DNA of 64,000 nucleotides, taken from the NCBI GenBank assembly GCA_965248695.1, contig CBDFKD010000002.1, positions 1,440,001 through 1,504,000 of the forward strand. The letters are read 5' to 3'. The notes under the pieces were generated by a model. The model was given only the letters and a program-made list of their open reading frames with translations. It was not told where the DNA came from and searched no databases. The stretch's first letter is position 1, and every line of letters begins with the position of its first letter. Source of the stretch: Acidobacteriota bacterium. GTDB lineage: Bacteria; Acidobacteriota; UBA890; WLXD01. A program made the translations under genes and the position numbers. This document shows, one piece after another, positions 17,380-27,601 of the stretch.

Positions 17380-18603
17380 ATGCAGCGGCTGGTCATGCTG
17401 GGACTGGCCGCCCTCGTGGCGTTGAGCCTGCCCGCCGGGACCGACGGGGTTGCGTCCGCGTCATCCGTACCGTCGAGCAGCCAGGATCCTGCCGAGCCTC
17501 CACCCACGCCGGCCCCGGAGCAGTCGATGCCAGCGATCGAGCCTCCGGCGCGACCCCGCTTCGACAGCGTGATCAGCGAGCGGGTGCGCGATATAGGCGG
17601 CGACATCTTCCTATGGGGTCAAAGCGTCACGCTGGCCGGACGCGTCGGTCACAACGCTTTCTTCGGGGCGCAAACTGGCACCGTCGCAGGACACGTCGAG
17701 GGCGACGTCTTCGCGTGGGCGGGCGGGATCACGGTGTCGGGAGAGATCGACGGCGACCTGTACGTCGGCACCGGCGGCGCCACGATCATGGAAGGCGCCG
17801 AGATCCACGGCAACCTGCTCTGCTTCTGCGGCTCGCTGAACATGGACGGATCCGTTGGCGGAGCCCTACTCGGAAGCGCCGGCGGCGCCAGTATCAGCGG
17901 CACTGTTTACGCCATCGACATGGAGGTCGGCCAGCTGACCTTGACAGAGACCGCCGTCGTTCTTGGCGACATCACCTACGAGTCCAACGACGAGGCAGAG
18001 ATCGCCGACACGGCGCAGATTGGTGGCCAGCTGAACTGGAACCGTGAAGTGGAGTCCGACGACGAAGACGAGGCGGACGAAGCGCCGGGGTTCAGTTTCT
18101 GGAGCATTGGCTGGAAGATCTGGGCTTACCTGAGCAACTTGATCGTCGGTGCGGTGTTCTTGCTTCTCGGCGGCTCGGCCGCCCGCGCACCGGCGGCGAG
18201 GCTGCGCAGCGCACCCGCGCCGGGGCTCGGCTTCGGCTTCGTGGTTACGGTGGTCTTCCCGGTTGCCTGCCTGGTCGCCATCGCCCTGATCGTGACCCTA
18301 CCGCTGGGCATCCTGGGCCTCATGATCTTCGCCCTCGCCGCCTTCATCGCACGCCTGGTGACCGCACAGTTCGTCGGCGACTGGCTGCTGGGCCGGCTCG
18401 GCAGCGCCGGTTCTTCAGAATACCTATCGCTAGCCGCCGGACTACTGCTCTTGTTCGTAGTGGCGGAGATTCCGTATGTCGGCTTCCTGATCCGCATGGT
18501 GGCGATCATCCTCGGTATCGGCGGCATCTATCTGGCGCTCCGGGCCGGCGGGTTCCCGTCCGTAGCGCCGCCTCAGCCGCCCGTAGGAATGCCCGGCGAG
18601 TGA
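17380..18603 (+). CDS. Membrane protein with exported bactofilin-like (polymer-forming) beta-helix and C-terminal TM bundle
   Basis: Signal peptide, repeated GxVxGD/GxIxGN motifs, acidic linker, about 5 TM segments. Alternative start 17281. Confidence 0.7.
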   Translation: MQRLVMLGLAALVALSLPAGTDGVASASSVPSSSQDPAEPPPTPAPEQSMPAIEPPARPRFDSVISERVRDIGGDIFLWGQSVTLAGRVGHNAFFGAQTGTVAGHVEGDVFAWAGGITVSGEIDGDLYVGTGGATIMEGAEIHGNLLCFCGSLNMDGSVGGALLGSAGGASISGTVYAIDMEVGQLTLTETAVVLGDITYESNDEAEIADTAQIGGQLNWNREVESDDEDEADEAPGFSFWSIGWKIWAYLSNLIVGAVFLLLGGSAARAPAARLRSAPAPGLGFGFVVTVVFPVACLVAIALIVTLPLGILGLMIFALAAFIARLVTAQFVGDWLLGRLGSAGSSEYLSLAAGLLLLFVVAEIPYVGFLIRMVAIILGIGGIYLALRAGGFPSVAPPQPPVGMPGE

Positions 18604-18610
18604 GTCACAC

Positions 18611-19540
18611 GTGGTAATCCAGGCAACCGGACTGCGGAAAGACTACGGCTCAACGGTGGCGCTCCGCGGCGTCGACCTCGAGATCGACGGTGGCGGCGTG
18701 GTGGGGATCCTGGGGCCCAACGGCGCCGGCAAGACGACGCTCGTGGAGATCCTCGAGGGACTCCGACAACCGACCTCCGGAAGTGTGTCGGTTCTGGGGC
18801 TCGATCCGTCGACGCAGAGTCGGGCGCTCAAAGAGCGTCTCGGGGTGCAGTTGCAAACGACGCCGCTGCCTACCGAGCTCACGGTGCGAGAGCTGCTCGA
18901 CCTGTTTGCTTCGTTCTACGCGTCGGCGCAGCCTGCCGAGGCAATCCTGGAGCGCGTCGATCTGGAAGAACAAGCCGATCAGAAGGCCGACACCCTGTCG
19001 GGTGGGCAGAAGCAGCGCCTGGCGATCGGCATCGCTCTCATCCATGACCCCGAGCTGGTCATGCTCGACGAGCCCACTACCGGCCTCGATCCGAAAGCGC
19101 GCCGCGATCTCCATCAGGTCGTCCGGGAGCTTCGTGCCCAGGGACGGACGACGTTGCTGACGACGCATTACATCGAAGAGGCCGAGCACCTGTGTGACCG
19201 CGTCATCATCATGCGGCACGGCGAGATCGTTGCCGACGGCACGCCTTTCGATCTGGTGGGACAGTCGCAGGAATCTTCGACCATCTGGATCCAGGTCGAC
19301 GGCACCATGGATCCTGCGCCTCTGCTGGCAGCGGGTGTGGAGCCCCTCGGGGAGCAAGGCGGCCACCACAAGTTCTCCACGGCCGATCCGACCGAGACGA
19401 TCCTGGCGCTTGGCGACATGCTCCGATCGCAGCATCTGCGCCTGATCGACCTACGCCTCAAGCGTCCAACGCTGGAGGATGTCTATCTCGAGCTGATGGG
19501 AAGCGACGCCAACAACGAGGACGAAGAGGTGCCGTCGTGA
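18611..19540 (+). CDS. ABC-2 type exporter ATP-binding protein
   Basis: GPNGAGKTT, LSGGQKQR, LDEPTTGLDP, TTHYIEEAE. Confidence 0.93.
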   Translation: MVIQATGLRKDYGSTVALRGVDLEIDGGGVVGILGPNGAGKTTLVEILEGLRQPTSGSVSVLGLDPSTQSRALKERLGVQLQTTPLPTELTVRELLDLFASFYASAQPAEAILERVDLEEQADQKADTLSGGQKQRLAIGIALIHDPELVMLDEPTTGLDPKARRDLHQVVRELRAQGRTTLLTTHYIEEAEHLCDRVIIMRHGEIVADGTPFDLVGQSQESSTIWIQVDGTMDPAPLLAAGVEPLGEQGGHHKFSTADPTETILALGDMLRSQHLRLIDLRLKRPTLEDVYLELMGSDANNEDEEVPS

Positions 19541-20388
19541 GCCAACTACGCGGATTGGGCCCGTTGACGCGCGCCGGACTGCTGCAGGCGTTCCGCTCAC
19601 CGACGGCGATCTTCTGGAGCATGATCTTTCCGCTCATCTGGCTCTTTCTCTTCGGCTTCATCTTCTTCCGCGGTGCCGGCGACAAGGTCCTGATGATGCC
19701 CGGGCTGTTCACCATCAGCATCATGTCCGGCTCGTTCTTCGGTGTCTCGTACCTGATGGTGCAGGAACGCGAGGCCGGAATCCTGCGCCGCTATCGCGCC
19801 ACACCGGTGTCGGCCGCGACGATCGTCATGGCGAACGGCATCCGGGCAATCGTAACCATGTCGCTTTCGGTCGCTACGCAGGCGATCGTGGGCTGGCTGG
19901 TATTCCGCTACCAGGTCGACGGATCGCTTCTGCTCACAATCCTGGTTCTGCTCATCGGCGCGGCGGCATTCGTGCCCCTGGGTCTGTTCGTGGGAAGCGT
20001 CGCACAGGACATGCGCAGCGCACCGGCGATCACCAACCTGCTGTTCTTCCCCATGATTTTCGGATCTGGCGCGGCGTTGCCAGCATTCCTATTGCCCGGG
20101 TGGGCGCAGACGGCGTCACGGATGGTCCCCTCGAGTTACCTCGTCGAGTCGCTCCACGGCGTGATGGTCCGCGGTTACGGGGTAGCGCAATTGATGGGGC
20201 CCGTGTCGGTGCTGCTGGTGACCATGGGCGTCGGCATCTGGGCAAACAGTCGCCTGTTCCGCTGGGAAAGCAGCGAGCCGGTCGACCGCCGCAACCTGCT
20301 GCTGATCGTGGCGGTGATCGCCGCGGTCTACCTGCTGGCGGCGCTGGTAGCGCCAGCGTTCCAGATGACACGCGCGCCGGGCAACTAG
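19537..20388 (+). CDS. ABC-2 type permease
   Basis: EREAGILRRYRATP motif, 6-7 TM segments, overlaps the ATPase stop codon. Confidence 0.9.
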   Translation: MSQLRGLGPLTRAGLLQAFRSPTAIFWSMIFPLIWLFLFGFIFFRGAGDKVLMMPGLFTISIMSGSFFGVSYLMVQEREAGILRRYRATPVSAATIVMANGIRAIVTMSLSVATQAIVGWLVFRYQVDGSLLLTILVLLIGAAAFVPLGLFVGSVAQDMRSAPAITNLLFFPMIFGSGAALPAFLLPGWAQTASRMVPSSYLVESLHGVMVRGYGVAQLMGPVSVLLVTMGVGIWANSRLFRWESSEPVDRRNLLLIVAVIAAVYLLAALVAPAFQMTRAPGN

Positions 20389-20515
20389 CGACGATCGAAC
20401 GCGCCGCGGCGGACCGGCGGACGCCCACTAAAGGGCTTCGACCGGCCGTGCGGCCGGGCTATTCTCTGTCGGTAGCCAGTCGTGACAGGCGTTTCTCGTT
20501 CCGCCGGAGTACGCA

Positions 20516-22177
20516 ATGCTGAAGCTCAGCCGCGCAGATCTCGTGCTGACCGCCCTCGGGGCCGTCGGTCTGACGGCCATCGTCGCGCTCCACGAGTCGG
20601 CGTTCCCGTTGGCGCTGGTGGAAATGGAGGTTACTCGCGAAGGAGCGGTCGCCAGGGCCACCGAGTTCGTAGAGGAGCTGGGCGCCGATCTCGACGACTT
20701 CCGACAGGCGGCGATCTTCTCGGGCGACAGCGAGGCCCTCAACTTCCTGCAACGCACTGTCGGCGACGAAGAAGCGGGACGCTGGGCGCGCGAAGAGGTT
20801 CCCGTTTGGCGTTGGGACGTTCGCTGGTTCAAGCCGCTGGATGCCGAAGAGTGGCTGGCGGAGGTGGGTGTCGACGGAGAGGTCGTTGCATTCCGGCACG
20901 TGGTAGAGGAGGCGGCCGCGGGGGCCGATCTGGAGGAGCCCGCGGCTCGCGCAACCGCCGAGGATTTCCTTCGTGCGAGGGGTTGGGATCTGTCGCGCCT
21001 GGAGGCCGTGTCCGCGTCGGCGGACCGGAAGGACAACCGCACGGATCATCTGTTCGTGTGGAAGGTCCGTGGTACCGACATCGTCTGGCGCCCGGACAAC
21101 GATCAGGCAGGCACCGGGTATGCGCGACTGTCGGTGCGTGTGCTGGGCGACGAGGTTGGCGGCTACGTGCGGTCCATGCGCGTACCCGAGGAATTCTCGC
21201 GTGAGCTACAGGGAGTGCTCAGCGTCGGCAGCTTGCTGGCGGTCGGCAGCATCGTACTGACCGTGCTGCTCGCGCTAGCCGGCATGGGCATCGCGATCGC
21301 GCGCTACCGAACCGGCAACATCGAGTGGCGTGTGGCGATCATCTGCGGCGCGATCGTCGGCCTGATGTTCGCCATCTACACCGCCTCGAGCTGGCCTAAC
21401 GTGTTGTTCTCCTACCAGACCCAGATCGGCTGGCCGGTGTTCGTCGGCATGTCGGTGCTCGCGCTAACGCTCAGCGCCGTTTTCTACACCGTGTTCGTCA
21501 TGTTCCCGACGGCCGCCGGCGAGTCGATGGCGCGCGACTACTTTCCCGCCAGCATCGACGGCTTCGCGGACGCCGTGCGCGGCAAGATATTCAATCGTCA
21601 CTTCGGTGCCGCGGCGTTGCGCGGCTATGCGCTGGCCGCCGCCCTGCTTGGCTTCCTGACCGGTTTCTACTGGTTCGCACAGCGCTATCTGGGAGCGTGG
21701 CTACCGGCCGAGGGCCCGTATTCGGAGATCTTCAACAACCTGTACCCGTTCCTGACACCGCTGACCATCTCGCTCGTGGCGGCGATCTCCGAAGAGACCA
21801 TCTACCGGTTGTTCGGTATCTCGCTGTTCAAGAAGCTGTCCGGGTCGACCGCGGTGGCGCTGCTGATCCCTGCAGCGATCTGGGCGTTCGGACATTCGAA
21901 CTACCCCGTGTTTCCGGTATATATCCGCGGCATCGAGCTCACCATCGTCGGCACGCTCTTCGGCATCGCCTTCCTGCGCTTCGGGCTGGTCACCTGCATC
22001 GTCGCCCACTACGTCATCGATGCCGTGGCACTGGGGCTCCCCCTGGTCACCAGCGGCAACTCGACGTACCTGGTCAGCGGCCTGACGATCATCGGCCTGG
22101 CTCTGCTGCCGGGAGTGGTGGGTCTGGTTGCCGGCCGTGATCGTCCTGATCCCCCGTTGGCGGCGGCGCACACGTAG
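20516..22177 (+). CDS. CPBP (Abi/CAAX) intramembrane metalloprotease with large N-terminal extracytoplasmic domain
   Basis: AISEETIYR, WAFGH, AHYVID. Confidence 0.85.
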   Translation: MLKLSRADLVLTALGAVGLTAIVALHESAFPLALVEMEVTREGAVARATEFVEELGADLDDFRQAAIFSGDSEALNFLQRTVGDEEAGRWAREEVPVWRWDVRWFKPLDAEEWLAEVGVDGEVVAFRHVVEEAAAGADLEEPAARATAEDFLRARGWDLSRLEAVSASADRKDNRTDHLFVWKVRGTDIVWRPDNDQAGTGYARLSVRVLGDEVGGYVRSMRVPEEFSRELQGVLSVGSLLAVGSIVLTVLLALAGMGIAIARYRTGNIEWRVAIICGAIVGLMFAIYTASSWPNVLFSYQTQIGWPVFVGMSVLALTLSAVFYTVFVMFPTAAGESMARDYFPASIDGFADAVRGKIFNRHFGAAALRGYALAAALLGFLTGFYWFAQRYLGAWLPAEGPYSEIFNNLYPFLTPLTISLVAAISEETIYRLFGISLFKKLSGSTAVALLIPAAIWAFGHSNYPVFPVYIRGIELTIVGTLFGIAFLRFGLVTCIVAHYVIDAVALGLPLVTSGNSTYLVSGLTIIGLALLPGVVGLVAGRDRPDPPLAAAHT

Positions 22178-22356
22178 CAGCCACCACAGCGAATCGTCGC
22201 TCGAACGTCCGTGCGGCTCGGTTGGCAGATCCACGCCCGCAGGCAAACCCGCGGGGTGCATGTCGCCGGGCGAGGGCGCATTGTCGATCGAGTCCGACGC
22301 GCACGCGGCGCGATAGCATGGCGGCGTTCGGCCCTGTCGTGAACCCGGAGCGTCCG

Positions 22357-23250
22357 ATGCTGAGAGCCCAACGTCCGATCCACACCGTCGCGTTCCTCGT
22401 CGTCGTATCGGCCGGAGCATTGCTGCTGGCGACCTCGGCCACGGCTCAGCAAGGTCCCGAGCACGGTTCCCTGGTTATCGTCGGCGGCGCCATGCGCGAT
22501 CCGCAGATTCTCGATCGCTTCATTCAGCTGGCGGGCGGCAACGACGCCGCCATCGTGGTGGTCCCGACCGCAGGCGGTGCGGCCGACTACGACGACAGCT
22601 GGGGCGGCATGGACACCTTTCGTGAAGCCGCGGCCGCCAGCGTGACGCTGCTGCACACTTACGACCCTGAGGTCGCCGACCGCGAGGGCTTCGCGGCGCC
22701 GATCCGTGAGGCCACCGGCGTCTGGTTCACCGGTGGCCGGCAATGGCGACTGGCGGACGCTTACCTCGGTACCCGAGTCGACACCGAGCTACGCGCCTTG
22801 CTGGGACGGGGCGGCGTGATCGGCGGATCCTCGGCCGGGGCAACGATCCAGGGCGACTATCTAGCACGTGGCGATAGCAGCACGAACACCATCATGATGG
22901 GCGATCACGAACAGGGGTTCGCCTTCGTCGAGGGTGTGGCGATCGACCAACATCTGCTACAGCGCAACCGCCAGTTCGACCTGCTCGAGATCGTCGGTGC
23001 ACGCCCCGATCTTCTCGGCATCGGGATCGACGAGGACACCGCGATCGTCGTGCGCGGCAACCGGTTCGAGGTGATCGGCTGCGGCTACGTGGCGATCTAC
23101 GATGCCCAGCGCCAGATAGACAGCGGTGGCAGCTTCTATTTCCTCGCCCCGGGGGACCTCTACGACCTGGCGGCGCGCGAGGCCTCGCGGCCCCAAACAG
23201 TGTTGCGACCGCTGGACCGCGTGGTCAGGCGTAAGTCATCGAAACAGTGA
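22357..23250 (+). CDS. Secreted cyanophycinase-like S51 peptidase
   Basis: LVIVGG, VVVPTA, WFTGGRQWRL, GGSSAGA, IDQHLLQRNR, GIGIDEDTA; signal peptide. Confidence 0.88.
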   Translation: MLRAQRPIHTVAFLVVVSAGALLLATSATAQQGPEHGSLVIVGGAMRDPQILDRFIQLAGGNDAAIVVVPTAGGAADYDDSWGGMDTFREAAAASVTLLHTYDPEVADREGFAAPIREATGVWFTGGRQWRLADAYLGTRVDTELRALLGRGGVIGGSSAGATIQGDYLARGDSSTNTIMMGDHEQGFAFVEGVAIDQHLLQRNRQFDLLEIVGARPDLLGIGIDEDTAIVVRGNRFEVIGCGYVAIYDAQRQIDSGGSFYFLAPGDLYDLAAREASRPQTVLRPLDRVVRRKSSKQ

Positions 23251-23457
23251 GCGCTGGCGCGGCGCGGACGTCTCCTTATGGCCTGGTATCCGGCCCATCG
23301 ACTTCGCGTGTAGATAGGCGGCGCGGGTAGCGCGGGCCGGGACAAGCCCGGCAACCGGTGGCCACGAGCGGACGAATTTCGCCAGAGCAGCTTTTCGTCT
23401 TCTGATTGTGCCCTCGGACGGTCAATACTCAGCGAAACCGACTTCCAAGAGGAGCCG

Positions 23458-24354
23458 ATGGCCAAAAGCAATAGACGCCGATTGCGCAACTACCTGCTGA
23501 AGCCGCGCCTGCAGTTCCGTTACGCGCTGGTCTTCTTCTTTCTAAGCACCGCCGGGGCAGCAGTCGTCTAGCTGGTCTCCTATCTGACCGTTCGGCGCGT
23601 CATCCAGCGGATTCTGACCGAAGCCGGTGACAGCGCCACGGCGCTCATACCGGTCGTCGATGTCGCCATGCGCACCGAGCTGTTGCGCGCCATGTGGGTG
23701 CTGCCGCTGCTCGGCATCGCCACCCTGGTTCTCACCGCTGTCGTGCTGCATCGTTTCATCGGACCGTTGGTGCCCATCGGACGTCACATTCGCAAGCTCA
23801 GCGACGGCGACTACGATGCGTTCTCTCGGCTTCGTGCGAAGGACGAGCTCAACGAAGTTGCTGGCGATCTCAACGAGCTTTCGGCAACTCTGAAGGCACG
23901 CTACGACAGCACCGCGGAGGAACCGCAACGAGCGGCGAACGGCACCGACGGATTCTCGCTCGTCGAGTTGCTAGTCATTCTGGCGGTCGTGATGGTCATC
24001 GGAATGCTCGGCGTGGCGCAGTTCATCACCGCCTTCGATCGTGCTCGTCAGCGAGGCGCGCTCGCCGACATGCGCACGATTGCCGCCGCCAACGGTACCC
24101 ATGCGGTCGACAAGGGCGACTATGCCGCCGACGTCGCCGACCTGACGCCTTACTACCTGGGCGTGCTGCCCCCGATCGATCGCTGGGGTTTCGCCTGGGG
24201 CTACACCTACAGCAACAAGACCTACACGCTGTCGTCGCAGGGCGCTGACGGTACCGCGGGGCCGGCAGCGCCGACCGGATGGGACGGCGATCCATTCGAG
24301 TGCGATCTGGTGCTGTCGAACGGGGCCTTCATACAGTCGCCGGCGACCAACTGA
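23458..24354 (+). pseudogene. TM-TM-HAMP protein fused to a GspG/type IV pilin-like domain, interrupted by an in-frame TAG at 23569-23571
   Basis: AGAGGAG RBS + ATG 23458 gives MAKSNRRRLRNYLLKPRLQFRYALVFFFLSTAGAAVV*LVSYLTVRR..., in frame with the tracked 23668 ORF. HAMP HRFIGPL...LRAKDELNEVAGDLNEL; pilin G|FSLVELLV, DRWG, LSSQGADG. Confidence 0.72.
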
Positions 24355-24401
24355 CGTCGCCGCCGCCGGAAGAGATACCTGCCACACCTCGACTGCGTCT
24401 G

Positions 24402-24749
24402 CTACGACGACGCCGGCATCTCTACCCGTTGCAGCGGCGTATCGAACACGACGGCGACCTCGTGGCCAGACTCGCGGGGCTCTGAGCGGCTCACCTTGCC
24501 GTAGATCATGGTGCGGCCGATCTTGCCTGCACCTCCGGGGAAATGGGTCAGGCAGCGCACGCCGGGCGCGACCGCACGGTCGAGACGCGCCATGAGCCCA
24601 CCGCAGCCGACGTTTACCGTCTCGCCGCTGGCGCGAAAGGGCGTCTCGCTGTCGTCGTAACCGTGTATCTCTACATCGAGCACGATCGGCAGTGCCAGCG
24701 GCTGACGATCATGAGTCCTTCGATCGTCCTGCCCTTGACCCAAGTGCAC
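24402..24749 (-). CDS. Stand-alone PilZ domain protein
   Basis: RRTHDR (RxxxR) and NVGCGG (N/DxSxxG-like) motifs, beta-barrel pattern ending VAVVF. Confidence 0.75.
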   Translation of the reverse strand: MHLGQGQDDRRTHDRQPLALPIVLDVEIHGYDDSETPFRASGETVNVGCGGLMARLDRAVAPGVRCLTHFPGGAGKIGRTMIYGKVSRSEPRESGHEVAVVFDTPLQRVEMPASS

Positions 24750-25677
24750 CCCCCTTGCGTGCGCCCAACAGCACGAAGTTCGCCGCCAATATCAAGGCAC
24801 CTCCGAACCAAACGGACTCGCCGACCAACTCGCCGAAAACGACGTACGCGGCGAACGCTGCGACCAGGGGCTCGAGCATGAGCAGCATGCCGGCCACCGA
24901 CGCGTCAACGCGTCGCATGCCCCATTGTAAGAGGATCATCGGTACCAGATTGGCGAACAGAGTGTACAAGGCCACCAGGCGCCAGTGCACCAGCAATGGT
25001 GCGGGCGACAAACGCAGCCACTCCAGCGGTCCGAGCGTCAAGCGCAGAATCGGCCAGACGAGTAGCAGAATCAGAGACGACGAAGCCATGTAACCGAATG
25101 CGGTGGTCACCGGCGCGTTGCCACGTAGCCCGCTCATGCGTCCCAAGATCAGCCACAACGACAACATGACGCCGGCCAGCAACACCGCCACCATGCCGAT
25201 CCAAGAATGGTCGAGGTCTGCGGCACCTGGTCGGAAGAGCAGCAACGTCCCCGCGGCCGCAAGGATGAGTGCGCCGATCTTGCGGCGCGTCACCGGCTCG
25301 GCCAGGAACATGCGGCCGAACCACAGCGTCCAGATCGGCTGGGTATAGAGCAGCAGTCCCACGAGCGCGATCGGAACCCCGAGCACGACGCCGGCAAACT
25401 GGCTCAACTGCAGCACTGCACCGACCACCCCGTAGGTCAGGAACAGACCCCGATCGCGACGTTTCGGGCGCAGCTCTGGTCGAGCAATCAGCACTGTTCC
25501 GAAGACCAGGCTCGTAGGCAGAATCCCAGTCAGCGAGATCTCGTACAGCGAGAAGCCGAGTTGCGAGAAGGCCCGGCCAACGACGATCAAGCCGGCGAAC
25601 AGCGCCGCGGCGACCGCCACTACGAGGCGCGCAAAGGGTCCGTCGTTCGCGCTCTCGGTGTTCAGTCGCTGAACCAT
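24709..25677 (-). CDS. EamA/DMT family transporter
   Basis: LLYTQPIW...FLAEPV and MLEPLVAA...VFGE duplicated EamA halves, about 10 TM segments. Confidence 0.9.
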   Translation of the reverse strand: MVQRLNTESANDGPFARLVVAVAAALFAGLIVVGRAFSQLGFSLYEISLTGILPTSLVFGTVLIARPELRPKRRDRGLFLTYGVVGAVLQLSQFAGVVLGVPIALVGLLLYTQPIWTLWFGRMFLAEPVTRRKIGALILAAAGTLLLFRPGAADLDHSWIGMVAVLLAGVMLSLWLILGRMSGLRGNAPVTTAFGYMASSSLILLLVWPILRLTLGPLEWLRLSPAPLLVHWRLVALYTLFANLVPMILLQWGMRRVDASVAGMLLMLEPLVAAFAAYVVFGELVGESVWFGGALILAANFVLLGARKGGALGSRAGRSKDS

Positions 25678-26627
25678 TCACCAAATCGGGTCGGGTCTAC
25701 GTTGCCGCCGCTGAGCACAATGCCGACTCGCAGGCCTCGAACATCGACAACCTGCTCGAGCACCGCCGCGGCCGCGAGCGCGCCGGTGGGCTCGACCACC
25801 AGCTTGAGACGCTCGAACAGGAAGCGCATCGTGCGCAGCAACGCCTCGTCCGACACCGTCGCCATGTCGGCCACCTTCGAGCGCACGATCGGAAACGTGA
25901 TGTCGCCCAGCGCCAGTGTGCGAGCACCGTCGGCGATCGTATCCGGGTACTCGACGCTCTCGAGCTTGCCGCTGCGAAACGAGCGGTTGGCGTCGTCCCC
26001 GGCCTCCGGTTCGACACCGATGACGCGACAGCCCGGAGCCATGGCGCCGGCCGCGATGGCGCAGCCCGACAGTAGACCCGCGCCACCGCATGGCGTCAAC
26101 AGCATGTCGAGCCCACCGGTCTGCCGTAGCAGCTCACGTGCGGCGGTCCCCTGCCCGGCGACGACGTCGACATGGTCGAAGGGCGGCACCAACACGGCGC
26201 CGCGCTCATCGCGAATCGACGCGCTGATATCCTCGCGCCGCTCGGTGATCGGATCGTAGTGGATGATCTCGGCCCCGTAGCCGCGCGTCGCCTCCAGCTT
26301 CACCCGCGGAGCATCGTCGGGCATGACGATCGTCACCGGGATCTGCAGGAGCTTGCCGGCAAGCGCCACCGCCTGCGCATGATTGCCGCTCGAGTAGGCC
26401 ACCACCCCGCCGGCGGCCAGCCCATCCGTCAGCTTCGAAAGGGCGTTGTAGGCCCCGCGGAACTTGAAGGCTCCGGTGCGCTGCAAGCTCTCGCACTTGA
26501 ACGCCACCGTGCCGCCGCAGCGATCGTCGAAGCTACGCGACCGCAACACCGGTGTGCGGTGCGCCACGCCGCGGAGACGCCGGGCAGCCGCCACGATGTC
26601 GTCGTAGTCGACGGCAGGGGCGTTCAT
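25662..26627 (-). CDS. PLP fold-type II threo-3-hydroxyaspartate ammonia-lyase / serine-threonine dehydratase / serine racemase
   Basis: KCESLQRTGAFKFRGA, SSGNHAQ, PCGGAGL, EPTGA, LSGGN. Confidence 0.88.
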   Translation of the reverse strand: MNAPAVDYDDIVAAARRLRGVAHRTPVLRSRSFDDRCGGTVAFKCESLQRTGAFKFRGAYNALSKLTDGLAAGGVVAYSSGNHAQAVALAGKLLQIPVTIVMPDDAPRVKLEATRGYGAEIIHYDPITERREDISASIRDERGAVLVPPFDHVDVVAGQGTAARELLRQTGGLDMLLTPCGGAGLLSGCAIAAGAMAPGCRVIGVEPEAGDDANRSFRSGKLESVEYPDTIADGARTLALGDITFPIVRSKVADMATVSDEALLRTMRFLFERLKLVVEPTGALAAAAVLEQVVDVRGLRVGIVLSGGNVDPTRFGEWFSD

Positions 26628-27601
26628 GAGTCGTCCTGGGAACCGTCGAAGGGTTCAGCGACGTGTAGCGGCAGTTGGGGCCGCTCGTCAACACTGAGTC
26701 GAAACACGTCGCCGCGACCGTAGTGTCCCACCGCATCGAAATCGTACTTGGCGCGGGCAATCTCGCGCATGTCGAGATCCACCACGAGCGTTTCTTCGGC
26801 GCCGTAAAGTGGGCCGGCCAGACGTTCGCCCAACGGCGAATACACCACACTACCTCCGCGGCACACTTGCTCGGGAAGCGCGTCGATCTCGGGGCCGGCG
26901 AGGTCTGAGGGATACATGTCGCGCGTCACGAACTGATTGCAGCCAAGCACGAAACAGCGCCCCTCGACCGCGATGTGCCGCATCGTCGCCTGCCATGCAT
27001 CGCGGCAGTCCGCCGTCGGGGCGACGTAGATCTCGACACCCTTGGCGTACATCGTCGCCCGGGCGAGCGGCATGTAGTTCTCCCAGCAGATGAGTCCGCC
27101 TAGCGTCGCCCACTCGGTCTCGACGGTGCTCAGCGTGCTGCCGTCGCCCTCGCCCCAGATCAGCCGCTCGGATCCTGTCGGCTTGAGCTTCCGATGCTTG
27201 GCGAGCAGCTTCCCGTCCGGGCCGAAGTACGCCAGCGTGCAATAGAGGGTACCGGCACCGAACGCGGCGTCCTTCTCGATCAACCCGATCGCCAGGTAGA
27301 CGTTGTGGCGCGCCGCGATATCGCCGATACGCTGCGCCACCGGATCACCGAGATCGACCGAGTTGGCCCAGTACCGAGCCCACAGGTCACGGCCTTCCTC
27401 ACTGCGACTCCCGACAACGGCGCCGAACGACAGGCCGCGAGGATATGCCGGTATGAACGCCTCTGGTAACAGCACCAGGCGCGCTCCCTGCGAGGCGGCA
27501 TCGGCGACCAGGTCGGCGAGCTTGTCGATGGTCGCGTCACGTTCAAACAGCACCGGAGCAGCCTGTACGACCGCCGCGCGCACTACAGGAAAATCACTCA
27601 T
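26624..27601 (-). CDS. Nitrilase (carbon-nitrogen hydrolase branch 1)
   Basis: Catalytic triad contexts LPEAFIPAYP, KHRKLKPTGSER, GGLICWENYMPLAR; C-terminal FDAVGHY. Confidence 0.92.
   Translation of the reverse strand: MSDFPVVRAAVVQAAPVLFERDATIDKLADLVADAASQGARLVLLPEAFIPAYPRGLSFGAVVGSRSEEGRDLWARYWANSVDLGDPVAQRIGDIAARHNVYLAIGLIEKDAAFGAGTLYCTLAYFGPDGKLLAKHRKLKPTGSERLIWGEGDGSTLSTVETEWATLGGLICWENYMPLARATMYAKGVEIYVAPTADCRDAWQATMRHIAVEGRCFVLGCNQFVTRDMYPSDLAGPEIDALPEQVCRGGSVVYSPLGERLAGPLYGAEETLVVDLDMREIARAKYDFDAVGHYGRGDVFRLSVDERPQLPLHVAEPFDGSQDDS

Noticed and set aside
23569-23571. Amber recoding or pyrrolysine readthrough
   Set aside because: Many genes here end properly in TAG (4936, 10825, 17117, 20388, 22177) and no pyl genes or suppressor tRNA are in the window.
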